Source of the DNA: a virus
DNA length: 64,000 nt
Virus record (IMG/VR): IMGVR_UViG_3300026097_000010
Span: 64,001-128,000 of that record
Reading direction: 5' to 3' (one strand)
Below the pieces are notes generated by a model. That model did not search any database. It was not told where the DNA came from and saw nothing but the letters and a program-made list of their open reading frames with translations. Position numbers and translations under genes: made by a program. Positions 36,569 through 48,200 of the stretch are shown here, piece after piece. Position 1 is the first letter of the stretch; each line of letters starts with the position of its first letter.

Positions 36569-38382
36569 TGTCACAACAACGAAGAAGAGCACAAAATCAA
36601 AGACAGCGTCTTAACGAATCGCTTCCTACAAGTCCTATACTTGCAAGAGTTATAAGTCATCTTGATTCTAAGGTAATGGGCGGTCTTGAAGTTACTCTAT
36701 TGCGTAATCAGGGAAACACGCTAGGCGAAGACACAGAAACGTATTCTTGCTGGCCAGCATTTCCGTTCTTTGGATATACCGGATATGAATTTCAAGGGCT
36801 AAACAACCAAGACTTTAACGACACACAAAAAAGTTACGGAATGTGGATGGTTCCACCAGACGTTGGAGTAACTGTAATGGTAGTGTTCATTGAAGGAGAT
36901 CCTAGTAAAGGTTATTGGATTGCCTGTGTTCCTCCTGACTTCAATAATCATATGGTTCCTGCTCTAGGAGCGAGCACAGAAGTTGATTTAAGTAAGGAGG
37001 ATCAACAAAAGTACAATACTACACAACCACTACCTGTAGGAAATCCTAACAAAAAATATATGCGCGATATTGGGTTTCCTGCAGAAAACATTGATTTTCT
37101 AAAAAAACCAGTTCATCCAATAGCCGATAGATTTTTAGAACAAGGCACACTTGAAGACGATATTAGAGGTCCTACTACAACGACAGCCCGCCGCGATATT
37201 CCTAGTGCGGTATACGGCATTTCGACTCCAGGTCCGTTAGACAGACGTCCAGGATCTAAAAGAGCAAGAATAGGAAAAAATAATAATCAAACTCCTGCTC
37301 CTGTTCCTGTAAGTCGACTAGGTGGTACAACTTTTGTAATGGACGATGGCGATGATCGTTATCAAAGAAAAACGCCAGCCAGCGAAGGTCCTGTAGATTA
37401 TGCTGATACACTTAATGATGAAACAGGCGATCCTACAATACCATACAATGAATATTTTCGTATAAGAACCAGAACCGGGCATCAAATTTTGATGCATAAT
37501 TCAGAAGATTTAATTTATATCGGAAATGCCAAAGGCACTACTTGGATTGAATTAACCGCCAACGGAAAAATTGACATCTATGCAGAAGACTCTATTTCAG
37601 TACATACACAAACAGACATAAATTTTCGTGCCGACAGAGACGTCAACATCGAAGCAGGCCGCAATATTAATATGAAGGCTACCGCCGAGTACCAAAGTCC
37701 AGACAGCTTGATTAACGAAAAGAAAATTCAAGATGCCAGAGAGTTTGAAAACGGCAGGATACAATTTGAAAGTGCTTTCAATACTAATATTTTAGTCGGT
37801 GCAAATTTAAAAGTCGAAACTAGAAAATATAAAAATATAGACGATGAAGATGTTGATGGAAACTTAGATATTAACATCAAAGGTAACACTAAAATAGCGA
37901 CCGGCACTGGAGATGTAGAAGATCTATATAGGCTTGATATAAACACCGACGGCAATGTGTTTGTAACTACAACAAATAATGTTGATCTTTATACCGAAGC
38001 AAATGTTAAAATCAAAACTGGTGGAAATTTAGATCTGAATACCGATGGCAATAATGCCTATACTGCAGGTGGGTCAACTGATATTTTAAGTGGCGGAAAC
38101 CACACAGAAACTGCCGCAAGAATTGATATGAACGGCCCAACAGCTAGAACAGCAGAAGAAGCTGTCGAAAGCAATATTGCCGAAGTCATAACTGATCTTA
38201 TATTACATGATAATGTAAGAACCGACGGAACACAAGTTTGGGCTGATACAAAATATCAAACAGAAATAATAAAGAGCATTATGCGAAGAGTGCCTATGCA
38301 CGAACCCTGGGCACAGCATGAACATCTTGCTCCGCAAATACAAACGCCCAACGATACAGATAGAGAGTTAGGAGAAGAATAA
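36568..38382 (+). CDS. gp5: Baseplate central spike (gp5/VgrG-like), no lysozyme domain
   Basis: OB-fold GMWMVPPDVG..V.V.F..GD...GYW; RTRTGHQI; beta-helix repeats ending IDMNG. Confidence 0.8.
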   Translation: MSQQRRRAQNQRQRLNESLPTSPILARVISHLDSKVMGGLEVTLLRNQGNTLGEDTETYSCWPAFPFFGYTGYEFQGLNNQDFNDTQKSYGMWMVPPDVGVTVMVVFIEGDPSKGYWIACVPPDFNNHMVPALGASTEVDLSKEDQQKYNTTQPLPVGNPNKKYMRDIGFPAENIDFLKKPVHPIADRFLEQGTLEDDIRGPTTTTARRDIPSAVYGISTPGPLDRRPGSKRARIGKNNNQTPAPVPVSRLGGTTFVMDDGDDRYQRKTPASEGPVDYADTLNDETGDPTIPYNEYFRIRTRTGHQILMHNSEDLIYIGNAKGTTWIELTANGKIDIYAEDSISVHTQTDINFRADRDVNIEAGRNINMKATAEYQSPDSLINEKKIQDAREFENGRIQFESAFNTNILVGANLKVETRKYKNIDDEDVDGNLDINIKGNTKIATGTGDVEDLYRLDINTDGNVFVTTTNNVDLYTEANVKIKTGGNLDLNTDGNNAYTAGGSTDILSGGNHTETAARIDMNGPTARTAEEAVESNIAEVITDLILHDNVRTDGTQVWADTKYQTEIIKSIMRRVPMHEPWAQHEHLAPQIQTPNDTDRELGEE

Positions 38383-38825
38383 TGGCCACTACTAGATTGT
38401 ATAATCAAACAGTTGTTGCAAGAAATAAAGTCAGTGTCGGTGATGCAAATACAGGATCGTTTACTTATAAAGGATTTAGTTCGAAAGAAAAAACTAAAGG
38501 TTTTAAACTATATGATATAGATCTTGTAAAGCAGGATTTAATAAACCATTTTTACATAAGAAAAGGTGAAAAGTTAGAAAATCCTGCGTTCGGAACCGTA
38601 ATATGGGATATGTTGTTTGAGCAATTTACAGAAGAAGTAAAAGAAATTATTGCCAAAGACGTCGAAGATGTTATTAATTATGACCCTAGGATAACTGTTA
38701 ATTCTATTGCAATCGATGCAACAAGCATGGGTATAAGAATAGAAGCAGATATAACATATCTTCCTTTTGATGTTAACGAAAGGATGACCTTTAATTTCGA
38801 TAGAGATAACAATACAATAAACTGA
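38382..38825 (+). CDS. gp25: Baseplate wedge subunit (gp25)
   Basis: LVKQDLINHF.IRKGEKL.NP.FG..IWD.LFE...DPR. Confidence 0.9.
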   Translation: MATTRLYNQTVVARNKVSVGDANTGSFTYKGFSSKEKTKGFKLYDIDLVKQDLINHFYIRKGEKLENPAFGTVIWDMLFEQFTEEVKEIIAKDVEDVINYDPRITVNSIAIDATSMGIRIEADITYLPFDVNERMTFNFDRDNNTIN

Positions 38826-38843
38826 CCAGTTTATCAAGTATGG

Positions 38844-38849
38844 TAAATA
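38844..38849 (+). promoter_or_regulatory. Late promoter box TAAATA for gp6
   Basis: GGTAAATAC upstream of AGGA SD and ATG 38867. Confidence 0.6.
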
Positions 38850-38866
38850 CCATATAGGAAACATTT

Positions 38867-41800
38867 ATGAGTTCAACAGCTAGACAAAACAACCTTATTT
38901 TAAACGAGGACTGGACGAGAATATATCAGACATTTAAAAATGCTGATTTCAAAAGTTACGACTTTGAAAATCTTCGTCGTGTAATTATTGCATATCTACG
39001 TGAAAATTATCCCGAAGATTTTAACGATTATATTGAAAGTTCCGAGTATCTTGCTCTTATCGATGCTGTTGCATTTTTAGGACAAAGTCTCAGTTTTCGT
39101 GTAGATTTAGCCAGTCGCGAAAATTTTATTGAGCTTGCAGAACGCAAAGAAAGTGTCTTGCGTATCGCAAAAATGTTAGGATATAACGCTAAAAGAAATA
39201 TCCCTGCCACCGGATTATTAAAGTTTACGTCAGTAACGACCACAGAACGCATTACCGATTCTAACGGAAGAAATTTAGCACAACAGTTGGTAACATGGAA
39301 CGATCCTACTAATACAAATTGGGCAGAGCAATTTATTTTAATTCTTAATGCAGCTATGTCTGACAACACAGAATTTGGTAGAAGCCAAGGCAGTGCAACT
39401 ATTTTGGGTGTTCCAGCAGAACAGTATAGATTTAGAACGAGTACCAGTGACATACCATTATTTACTTTTTCAAAAACTGTTTCAGGCAGGTCGGCAGCTT
39501 TTGAATTGGTAAGCACAGTTTTTAAAGATGCAGAAAATTTTTACGAAGAAGCACCTACTCCTGGTAGTCAACTAGGTTTTGTATATCGACAAGATGGTCA
39601 AGGTCCGGGTAGTATAAATACCGGTTTTTTCTTGCAATTTAAACAAGGCAGTTTAGAGTTTGCCGATTTCAATATCGAAGTTCCTACCACAAACGAAAGA
39701 GTTACAGTAGATAGTCAAAATATTAACAACGACGACGTGTGGTTGTTTAAATTAAATTCAAACGGACAGCAACTTTCAGAATGGACTAAAGTTTCTAATT
39801 TTGTAGGAAATAATATTGCATATAACAGTGTTATTGGTAATATAAAAGATATCTATGCTGTAGAAACAAAAGAAAATGATAGAATTGATTTAGTTTTTGC
39901 AGACGGAGTATATGGAAATCTGCCCCAAGGACCTTTCAGAGTATATTACCGTGTTAGTAACGGACTAAATTATTCAATTACACCTCAAGAAATGCGGAAT
40001 ATTTCTATTTCGATAGATTATGTAAACAATAATGGAGAAAGCCACACATTAACAATCGGCTTATCTTTGCAATCGACGGTTGCTAATGCCAGCGAAACTG
40101 AAAACATTGATACAATAAGACAGAATGCTCCTGCATTGTACTATACTCAAAATAGAATGATTACAGGAGAAGATTACAATCTAGCTCCATTTTCTAGTTC
40201 TCAAGATATATTAAAAGTTAAAGCCATAAACAGAACATCTAGCGGAATAAGCAGAAATTTTGATATTGTCGATGCTAGTGGAAAGTATTCTAGCATTAAC
40301 GTATTTGCCGACGATGGCTTTATCTATAAAAACGAAAGCGAAAGAAATTTTTCTTTTAAGTTTACCAACAGAACAGATATTATAAATGTTATAAAAAGAC
40401 AATTAGAACCTGTTTTTAGTAGTACTGGTGTTTATAATTTTTATCTTACCAAATATGATAAAGTTGTATTCACTGATAATAACAAGGTATGGAATCAATC
40501 TACATCGGATATAAATTCGTCAACAGGTTATTTTACAGATGCGGTAGATTTAACTTTTCAAAAAGTCGGAGTGTTTTCAACTAGTTCATTACAATACCTT
40601 AAGGTCGGTTCCACAATAAAGTTTATTGCACCTTCTGGACAATCTTTTAAGAATGGAAAGTTAGTTACTTCTAATTCGTCAGATTCTGATCAAACTTCGT
40701 ATATTTGGACCAAAGTTGTTAATATTTTAGGTGACGGTACAAATGCAAGCCGAGGTAATCTGCCGTCGGGTTTAGGTCCTATTACATTTAGTGATCCTGT
40801 TCCTACTGGTGCAATTGCTAACAGAATTCTTCCTAGATTTGTTACCGATCTTCCTATATCTCTTGAAAATGAAATTGTTAATTATGTTTTTCAAAATATT
40901 AATTTTGGACTTCGTTATGATAATCTTGCGTCTCAATGGAAAATTATTCAAGCATCCAATTTAGATTTAATTAGTCCTTTTACACAAGGTCGTGCTGGAG
41001 ATACTTCTAACACAAATCTTGACGGAAGTTGGAGTGTTGCTTTTGTGAAAGAAGCCGACGAATATGTTGTGCGTATTAGAACAATTGACTATATTTTTGG
41101 AAGTGTAGAACAGAATAGATTTTATTTTGACGCTAACGAAAAAAATTACAATAGTCAAACAGGACAGGTTGTAAAAGATCAAGTAAAAGTTTTAGGAATT
41201 AATACCGGAAAAGACTTTATTACACCACTTAATAATGATTTTTCTTTTGAAATATCTGATACAATTAAATTTGATGACGGATACGAAAGCACAGAATCTA
41301 TTAAAATTTCGTTCAGCGACTCAGATGACGACGGAGCAATTGATAATCCAGAATCTTTTGAAAATATAGTCGGCGAAGATACAGATTTAAATTACCTTTA
41401 CTTTCAAGAAACTACCGACGAATATGGCAGTGTTATCTATGAAAAAATTGATAATTCAAATGAAACAATAAAAATATTGCAAACAGAAACAACATTTACA
41501 TTTGATGATGAAGAAACATACCCAGACGGGCAATTAATTTACTTCTATGATGCAAACGAAGACAGAGTTAAGCGTGTAGATAGAACAACAAACACTCTTG
41601 TTCTAGAAAGCAGTTACCGAGCTAATATAGGACGAGATGGTTTAAAATTCCAGTATATTCACAATGCAAGCGAAGATAGAAGAATAGATCCTAGTTCTAG
41701 TAATATAATCGATCTCTTTCTGTTAACAAGAGGATACGACACCGCATATCGAAATTATCTCCGCTCCGGAGGTTCAAGACCTCAAGAACCCAGTACTGAT

Positions 41801-42271
41801 GAATTAAGGATTACATATGGTGCTAGATTAAATCCTATTAAAAGCATCAGCGATGAAATTATATACCAGCCTGCCAAATATAAAGTTCTCTTTGGGTCAG
41901 AGGCACAAGAATCATTAAGGGCTAAATTTAAAGTTGTTAAAAACAAAGACAAAGTAATTAACGATAACGACTTAAAGGTTAGAATTGTAGACGCTATTGA
42001 TGAATTTTTTAATGTCGCTAACTGGGATTTTGGAGATAAATTTTATCTGAGCGAATTGACAACCTACATTTTAAATTCTGTGTCGCCCGACATTAGTAAT
42101 ATTGTGATATTGCCTAGACAGGCAGATCAAATTTTTGGAAATTTATTCGAAATACAGAGTAATCCCGATGAAATATTTGTAAGCGGAACAAGTGTAGATG
42201 ATATTGAAATTGTTTCTTCTATAACAACAGCAGAAGTTAGGACTGGAACCAATCAACAGGATAATTATTAA
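38867..42271 (+). CDS. gp6: Baseplate wedge subunit (gp6)
   Basis: DFE.LR....YL....F.DY..SS, ENFIELAERKESVLRIAKMLGY, F.DG.YG, IRQNAP..Y.TQNRMITGEDY. Confidence 0.9.
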   Translation: MSSTARQNNLILNEDWTRIYQTFKNADFKSYDFENLRRVIIAYLRENYPEDFNDYIESSEYLALIDAVAFLGQSLSFRVDLASRENFIELAERKESVLRIAKMLGYNAKRNIPATGLLKFTSVTTTERITDSNGRNLAQQLVTWNDPTNTNWAEQFILILNAAMSDNTEFGRSQGSATILGVPAEQYRFRTSTSDIPLFTFSKTVSGRSAAFELVSTVFKDAENFYEEAPTPGSQLGFVYRQDGQGPGSINTGFFLQFKQGSLEFADFNIEVPTTNERVTVDSQNINNDDVWLFKLNSNGQQLSEWTKVSNFVGNNIAYNSVIGNIKDIYAVETKENDRIDLVFADGVYGNLPQGPFRVYYRVSNGLNYSITPQEMRNISISIDYVNNNGESHTLTIGLSLQSTVANASETENIDTIRQNAPALYYTQNRMITGEDYNLAPFSSSQDILKVKAINRTSSGISRNFDIVDASGKYSSINVFADDGFIYKNESERNFSFKFTNRTDIINVIKRQLEPVFSSTGVYNFYLTKYDKVVFTDNNKVWNQSTSDINSSTGYFTDAVDLTFQKVGVFSTSSLQYLKVGSTIKFIAPSGQSFKNGKLVTSNSSDSDQTSYIWTKVVNILGDGTNASRGNLPSGLGPITFSDPVPTGAIANRILPRFVTDLPISLENEIVNYVFQNINFGLRYDNLASQWKIIQASNLDLISPFTQGRAGDTSNTNLDGSWSVAFVKEADEYVVRIRTIDYIFGSVEQNRFYFDANEKNYNSQTGQVVKDQVKVLGINTGKDFITPLNNDFSFEISDTIKFDDGYESTESIKISFSDSDDDGAIDNPESFENIVGEDTDLNYLYFQETTDEYGSVIYEKIDNSNETIKILQTETTFTFDDEETYPDGQLIYFYDANEDRVKRVDRTTNTLVLESSYRANIGRDGLKFQYIHNASEDRRIDPSSSNIIDLFLLTRGYDTAYRNYLRSGGSRPQEPSTDELRITYGARLNPIKSISDEIIYQPAKYKVLFGSEAQESLRAKFKVVKNKDKVINDNDLKVRIVDAIDEFFNVANWDFGDKFYLSELTTYILNSVSPDISNIVILPRQADQIFGNLFEIQSNPDEIFVSGTSVDDIEIVSSITTAEVRTGTNQQDNY

Positions 42272-45200
42272 TGGCAAATAGATCATACCCTAAAAGTAAC
42301 TTACCTATAAGAAAAACATCGGAGTTACTACCACAAGTATTTCAAACAGATACCAATAATAAATTTTTATCCGGAGTAGTAGACCCGTTGGTTCAGCCAG
42401 GAGTCTTAGATAAGACTGTCGGTTATATAGGCAGACGCTACGGTAAAACATTTAAAGGTTCTGAGGTATACCTAGATAATGATCAAACCTTACGAAGTAG
42501 GTATCAGTTAGAGCCAGGCGTAACAATTTCTGAAGACGGAAAAATAAATTCTTTCTACGATTATTTAGATTTCAAAAATCAATTAAAGTTTTTTGGAAAT
42601 GATAATGATAGAGATGATAAAATAACCTCACAAGAACACTATAGTTGGAACCCTCCTATTAACTGGGATATGTTTGTAAACTATAGAGAATATTATTGGA
42701 TGCCATTGGGGCCAGAACCTGTTTCCATAACCGGTCAAACAGGATCTATTGTTAGCACATACAAGGTAATGGCTTCAACAGGCACAAGCTGGATTTTTAC
42801 TCCTGATGGATTAACAAACAACCCGTCGATTACATTGTATAGAGGACAGACTTATGAATTTAATGTAAACTCTCCCGACGAAGGATTTACCATAAGAACA
42901 AATTATGATACTGGATCGTTACTATTTGATCCTAACAAAACATATTTTTCTGGCGATCTTGCTGTATTCGATGAGAAACTATGGAGAGCCGATACAGAAA
43001 TATCACCACTAGATGGTAGCACAATAGATATTAATTCTCAAGATTGGACTTTGATAGATTCGAGTGTTGCTAATTCTAGCTTAAATTATAATCAAGGTAT
43101 CGAAAATAACGGAGTGAAAAATGGAAAATTAACATTTACTGTTCCTCTAGATGCTCCGGATATTCTTTATTACCAAAGTGATGTGATACCTGATAGGTTA
43201 GGAACATTTATAATCGCCGATATAGAATCTAATACTTTTATAAATGTTGAACGCGAAGTAATAGGAAAAACAACCTACAAATCGAGTAACGACATCGAGT
43301 TAACAAACGGGCTGGTTGTAGAGTTTAAAGGAAATGTAACTCCGGAGAGTTATTCAAAATCAAGATGGTTAGTCGAAGGAGTTGGTAATGCTATCACACT
43401 AACAAAGTTCGAAGATTTAGTTCCTCCTGCGTTAGCACAAGACACTCCAGAAGTCCTTTTCGATAATGAAGGGTTTGATACTCAGCCATTTGATGATGCT
43501 GATCAATTCCCTGCAGAAAAAGATTATATAGTAATTTCTAAAAACAGTAAAGATCTTAATCCGTGGAGTAGATATAATCGTTGGTTCCATCGTAGCGTAA
43601 TCGAGCAATCGGCTAATTTTAATAATTCTAGTTTTAGTGCGTCTGAAGAATCTAGAGCTAAAAGACCTATAATTGAATTTAAACCGAACACAAAATTGTT
43701 TAATCACGGCGTTGTTGCGAAAAGAACAGTCGATTATATTGATACTGTTACAGACGATGTATTTTCACAAATAGAAGGAAGTATAGGCTACAGCATCGAT
43801 GGAGAATTTTTATTCGAAGGCGCCCGCATTCTTATTGTTGCTGACACTGATTCTCTTGTGAATAATAAAATCTATGAAGTTAAATTTATAACACACAATG
43901 GAATAAGAATTATTAATTTGCAAGAAACTGAGGATAGTGATTCTTTACTAGATGAAAGTGTGTTAATTAGACGAGGACAGTTAAACGCTGGACTAATGTA
44001 TCATTTTAATGGCGTTGCTTGGATAAGAAGCCAGCAAAAAACATCTGTAAATCAATCGCCGCTGTTTGATGCATTTGATTCCAACGGTGTTAGTTTTAGT
44101 GATATTGAGACATATCCTGTTTCGACCTTTCAAGGAACTAAATTATTAAGTTACCAAATTGGAACTAGTATTAATGATTCGGAGTTAGGGTTCAGTTTAA
44201 GTTATCTAAATATCGACAATGTTGGTGATATACAGTTTAACTGGAATTGGGATATTGATAATTTTCAGTATACTGAAAATCAAGTTACTAACACCGTAAA
44301 ATTAAACACAGGATTTTATAAAATTGATTCCGATTTTGATAATGGGTGGACCCAAACAGATCTAACTTTTACCCAACCAATAATTGACAGTGTTATTTTA
44401 GATACAGACACTAACGAAGTTGAACTTAGAACAGTACAGTGGGAAAATTTAACAGATTCTGCGATAATTAATTTTTATCTAAACGGACAACGAATAAACA
44501 ATAATTACAGCAGACAAGGTAACAAATTTTTATTTCAAACAACATTTTCTCAAAACGATGTAATATCTATTAAGATAATAGATAATATAGAACCTGATCA
44601 AGGATACTATGAAATTCCGTTAGGGTTGGAAAAAAATCCGCTGAATCAGGAAATTACGAGTTTTACACTAGGACAGGCGATAGATCATGTCGAATCGTCT
44701 TTGGAATTTGATAGAGAGTTTGTAGGTTCTATACCAGGTTCGTCAAATTTAAGAGATTTATCAAATTATCAATCTAAGACTACTCGATTTATAAAGCACG
44801 GCGGCGTTTCTGCATTACCGATTGTATTCTTGTGCAATAAAGATCAAAATTTAATAAAAGCATTAAAGTATGCTAAACAAGAATACACTAGATTTAAAAA
44901 CAATTTTATCGAAACAGCAACAAGTTTAAATTTTGATGGAAATACAGCAGATTTTGTAGACGAAATAGTTAACCAGTTATCAAAAACAAAGACGGTTGAT
45001 AGTCCTTTTATCGACTCGGACATGATCGGAAGCGGCGCCTACACTTCTTTAGATTATACGGTAGACGATGAAGGCATTAAAACATTTGCTCTTAGTGAAA
45101 ATTTTGATCTAGACACTCTAAGTAATCGAGCGGTGTATGTCTATTTAAATGATAACCAATTATTGCATGGAGCTGAATATACTTTCGACAGCACCTTTGG

Positions 45201-48200
45201 TTTTATTACAATAAACAAAGATCTAAGCAGAGGTGATCAGTTACAAATTAGAGAGTATGTGTCTACAACATTTAGTCACATTCCTTCGACACCAACCTCA
45301 CTTGGCCTTTTTAAAAAATATACACCGTCTAAATTTATTGATAATACTTTTCTGGAACCTAGAGAAGTAATTATTGGACACGATGGAAGCTTAACACCTA
45401 CCTATAATGATTTCCGAGACGATCTAATATTAGAATTAGAGTATCGAATTTATAACAACATCAAAGTTAATTACGACGAAACTGTATTTGATATTGATAG
45501 TGTACTAGGAGGATATTATCAGCAAGGCGATTTTACAAAATCAGATGTAGATGCAATTGTTTCGCAAGAATTTCTTTCTTGGGTTTCTAATACCGGTGTA
45601 AATTATGCAATTAATCAGTATTTTGATAGCGAAAACGCATTCACCTATACTTATTCTAATATGACCGATCCGACTGGTACACAAAACTTACCAGGTTATT
45701 GGAGAGGTGTATATCAATGGTTCTACGACACCGACAGACCGCACCGTTCTCCTTGGGAAATGTTAGGATTTAGCGAAAAGCCTACTTGGTGGAATGATGA
45801 ATATGGTCCTTCTCCATATACTCGAGGAAATTTATTATTGTGGGAAGATATACAGCAAGGCATAGTTCGTCAAGGACCTAGAGCAGGAAGATATTCTAGA
45901 TATGCTAGACCGACAATATTGAATCATATTCCAGTTGACGATGACGGTAATTTGTTAGATCCGCTATCATCTGGACTTGCAAGAGATTTTACATTGGTTA
46001 ATAATCAAGGAAGTTTTAAACTAGGTGATGTAGCTCCTGTTGAACATGCCTGGAGATCAAGTTCTGAATGGCCGTATGCTGTTTTGATTGCTTTATCATT
46101 GTTAAAACCATTTGATTTTATTACTAGATGTCTTGATAGGTCTTCTGTTACTACAAACTTGATCGGACAAGTAGTAACTAAAAATACTGGATATTTTCCA
46201 ACAATTAAAGACATTGTGGTACCTGAGCCTACTGTTCGCTTAACGAGTGGTTTAATTAATTATATGTCGTCTTATTTAAGATCTATAGGATTAAGCCCTG
46301 GCTTGTTGACAGATACCATTCAAAATATATCTGTTAGTTTATCTTCTAGATTAAGTGGATTCGTTGATAAGACACAACAAAAATATCTTTTAGATAGCAA
46401 AAATCCTAATTCTGCATCGGGTAGTATTTTCATCCCACCTGAAAATTATGATATCATTTTTAATGTTAGTTCTCCTATAGATACTATTACCTACAGCGGT
46501 GTAATTTTAGAAAAAACGTCTAGGGGATGGATAGTAAGAGGGTACGACAATATAAGTCCCTTCTTTAAATTTTATCAAGCCGTGCCGAATCAACGAGATC
46601 CTATAATTAAAGTAGGCGGTATAAGCGAAACATTTGTTGAATGGGCTCCTGAGCAAACATACAACAACGGATCTATAGTATTATATAGAAATGATTATTA
46701 TAGATCGTTAAAAACACATGTATCGGGTGAAACACTTGATACTTCTTTATGGAATAAATTACCTAATCTTCCGTTAGTAGGGGCTATCGAAGCACAGCGT
46801 AGAAGAAACTTTAATAAACTGAAATTACAACAAATAACATATGGACATGAATTTAATACAATTCAACAAGTTGTAGATTTCTTATTAGGTTACGAAGAAT
46901 ACTTAAAATCCACCGGCTTTGTTTTTGACAATTACGATACTGAAAATCAAGTTTCGCAAGATTGGACAACTAGCTGTAAAGAATTTATGTTTTGGACCAA
47001 GCATAATTGGGCGGAAGGCTCGATTATTACATTAAGTCCATCAGCTACCAAGATCCAGATCACGGCACCGGTAGGAGTAGTGGATAATATTTTAGACAGT
47101 TTCTACGAATATAGTGTTTTTAAAGGCGATGGAAACCCGTTAGATCCGAAGTTTATAGATGTAAACAGGGATTTTCAATCAGTAACAATTAATACAACTA
47201 ATACAAATCAAGGAATATATTTTCTAAAATTAAATTATGTCCTTAAAGAACATGTTGTTGTATTTGATGATAGAACTGTTTTTAATGATGTAATATACGA
47301 TAAACCTACCGGGTACCGCCAGCTTAGAATTAAATCTAGAGGATTTCGGACGGTTGATTGGGACGGCGATTATACGAGTCCTGGATTTTTATTTGATAAT
47401 GTTAATATCGAATCTTGGCAACCGTTTAGAGATTACAGTTTAGGGGATATTGTTTCTTATCGTTCGAATAACTGGGTCGCACGAGTTTCACACCCAGGCA
47501 ATGAGAATTTTGATGATGCCCAGTGGAGCCTATTAGATTCGGAACCAGAAAAGAAATTAATACCTAATTTTGATTATCGAATTAATCAATTTGAAGATTA
47601 TTTCGAAACCGGTGCTGAAGGAGTTAGCGAAGTTCAACGCCAATTAGCTAGAAATACTATAGGATTTCAATCTAGACAATATCTGAATAATTTAGCAGAA
47701 GACACAGTTACTCAGTACCGCTTATACCAAGGCTTTATAAGAGAAAAAGGAACTAATAACGCACTTACTAAACTTTTTACAAAATTAAGTGACGATACAG
47801 AAGATACTAGTTTGTTGTTAAACGAAGAATGGGCTTTTAAAGTCGGTGAATTTGGAGGTACAGACCAGTCATCAGAAGTCGAGTTCGAAATTAAAATAAA
47901 CAATTTTGAAATCAATCCTCAACCGTTGTTAGTTACATCGACCCTGCCAACTAGTAATTTAGATCAAAATTACAGAGTCACGGGAGACGAATTTACAATT
48001 TCTGCTATACCGTTCTCAACAAACATTATTCCGGTATCTTACAACTCTGAACCTGTTAAAACAGCAGGATATGTAAAATTAGACCAACCCGAATGGACGG
48101 TTAGAGATAGAATATCTCTTAATAATTTAGATATAGATCAAATTGTAGAAAATGATCATATATGGATTACATTCGACACTATTGACTGGGACGTTGTAAG

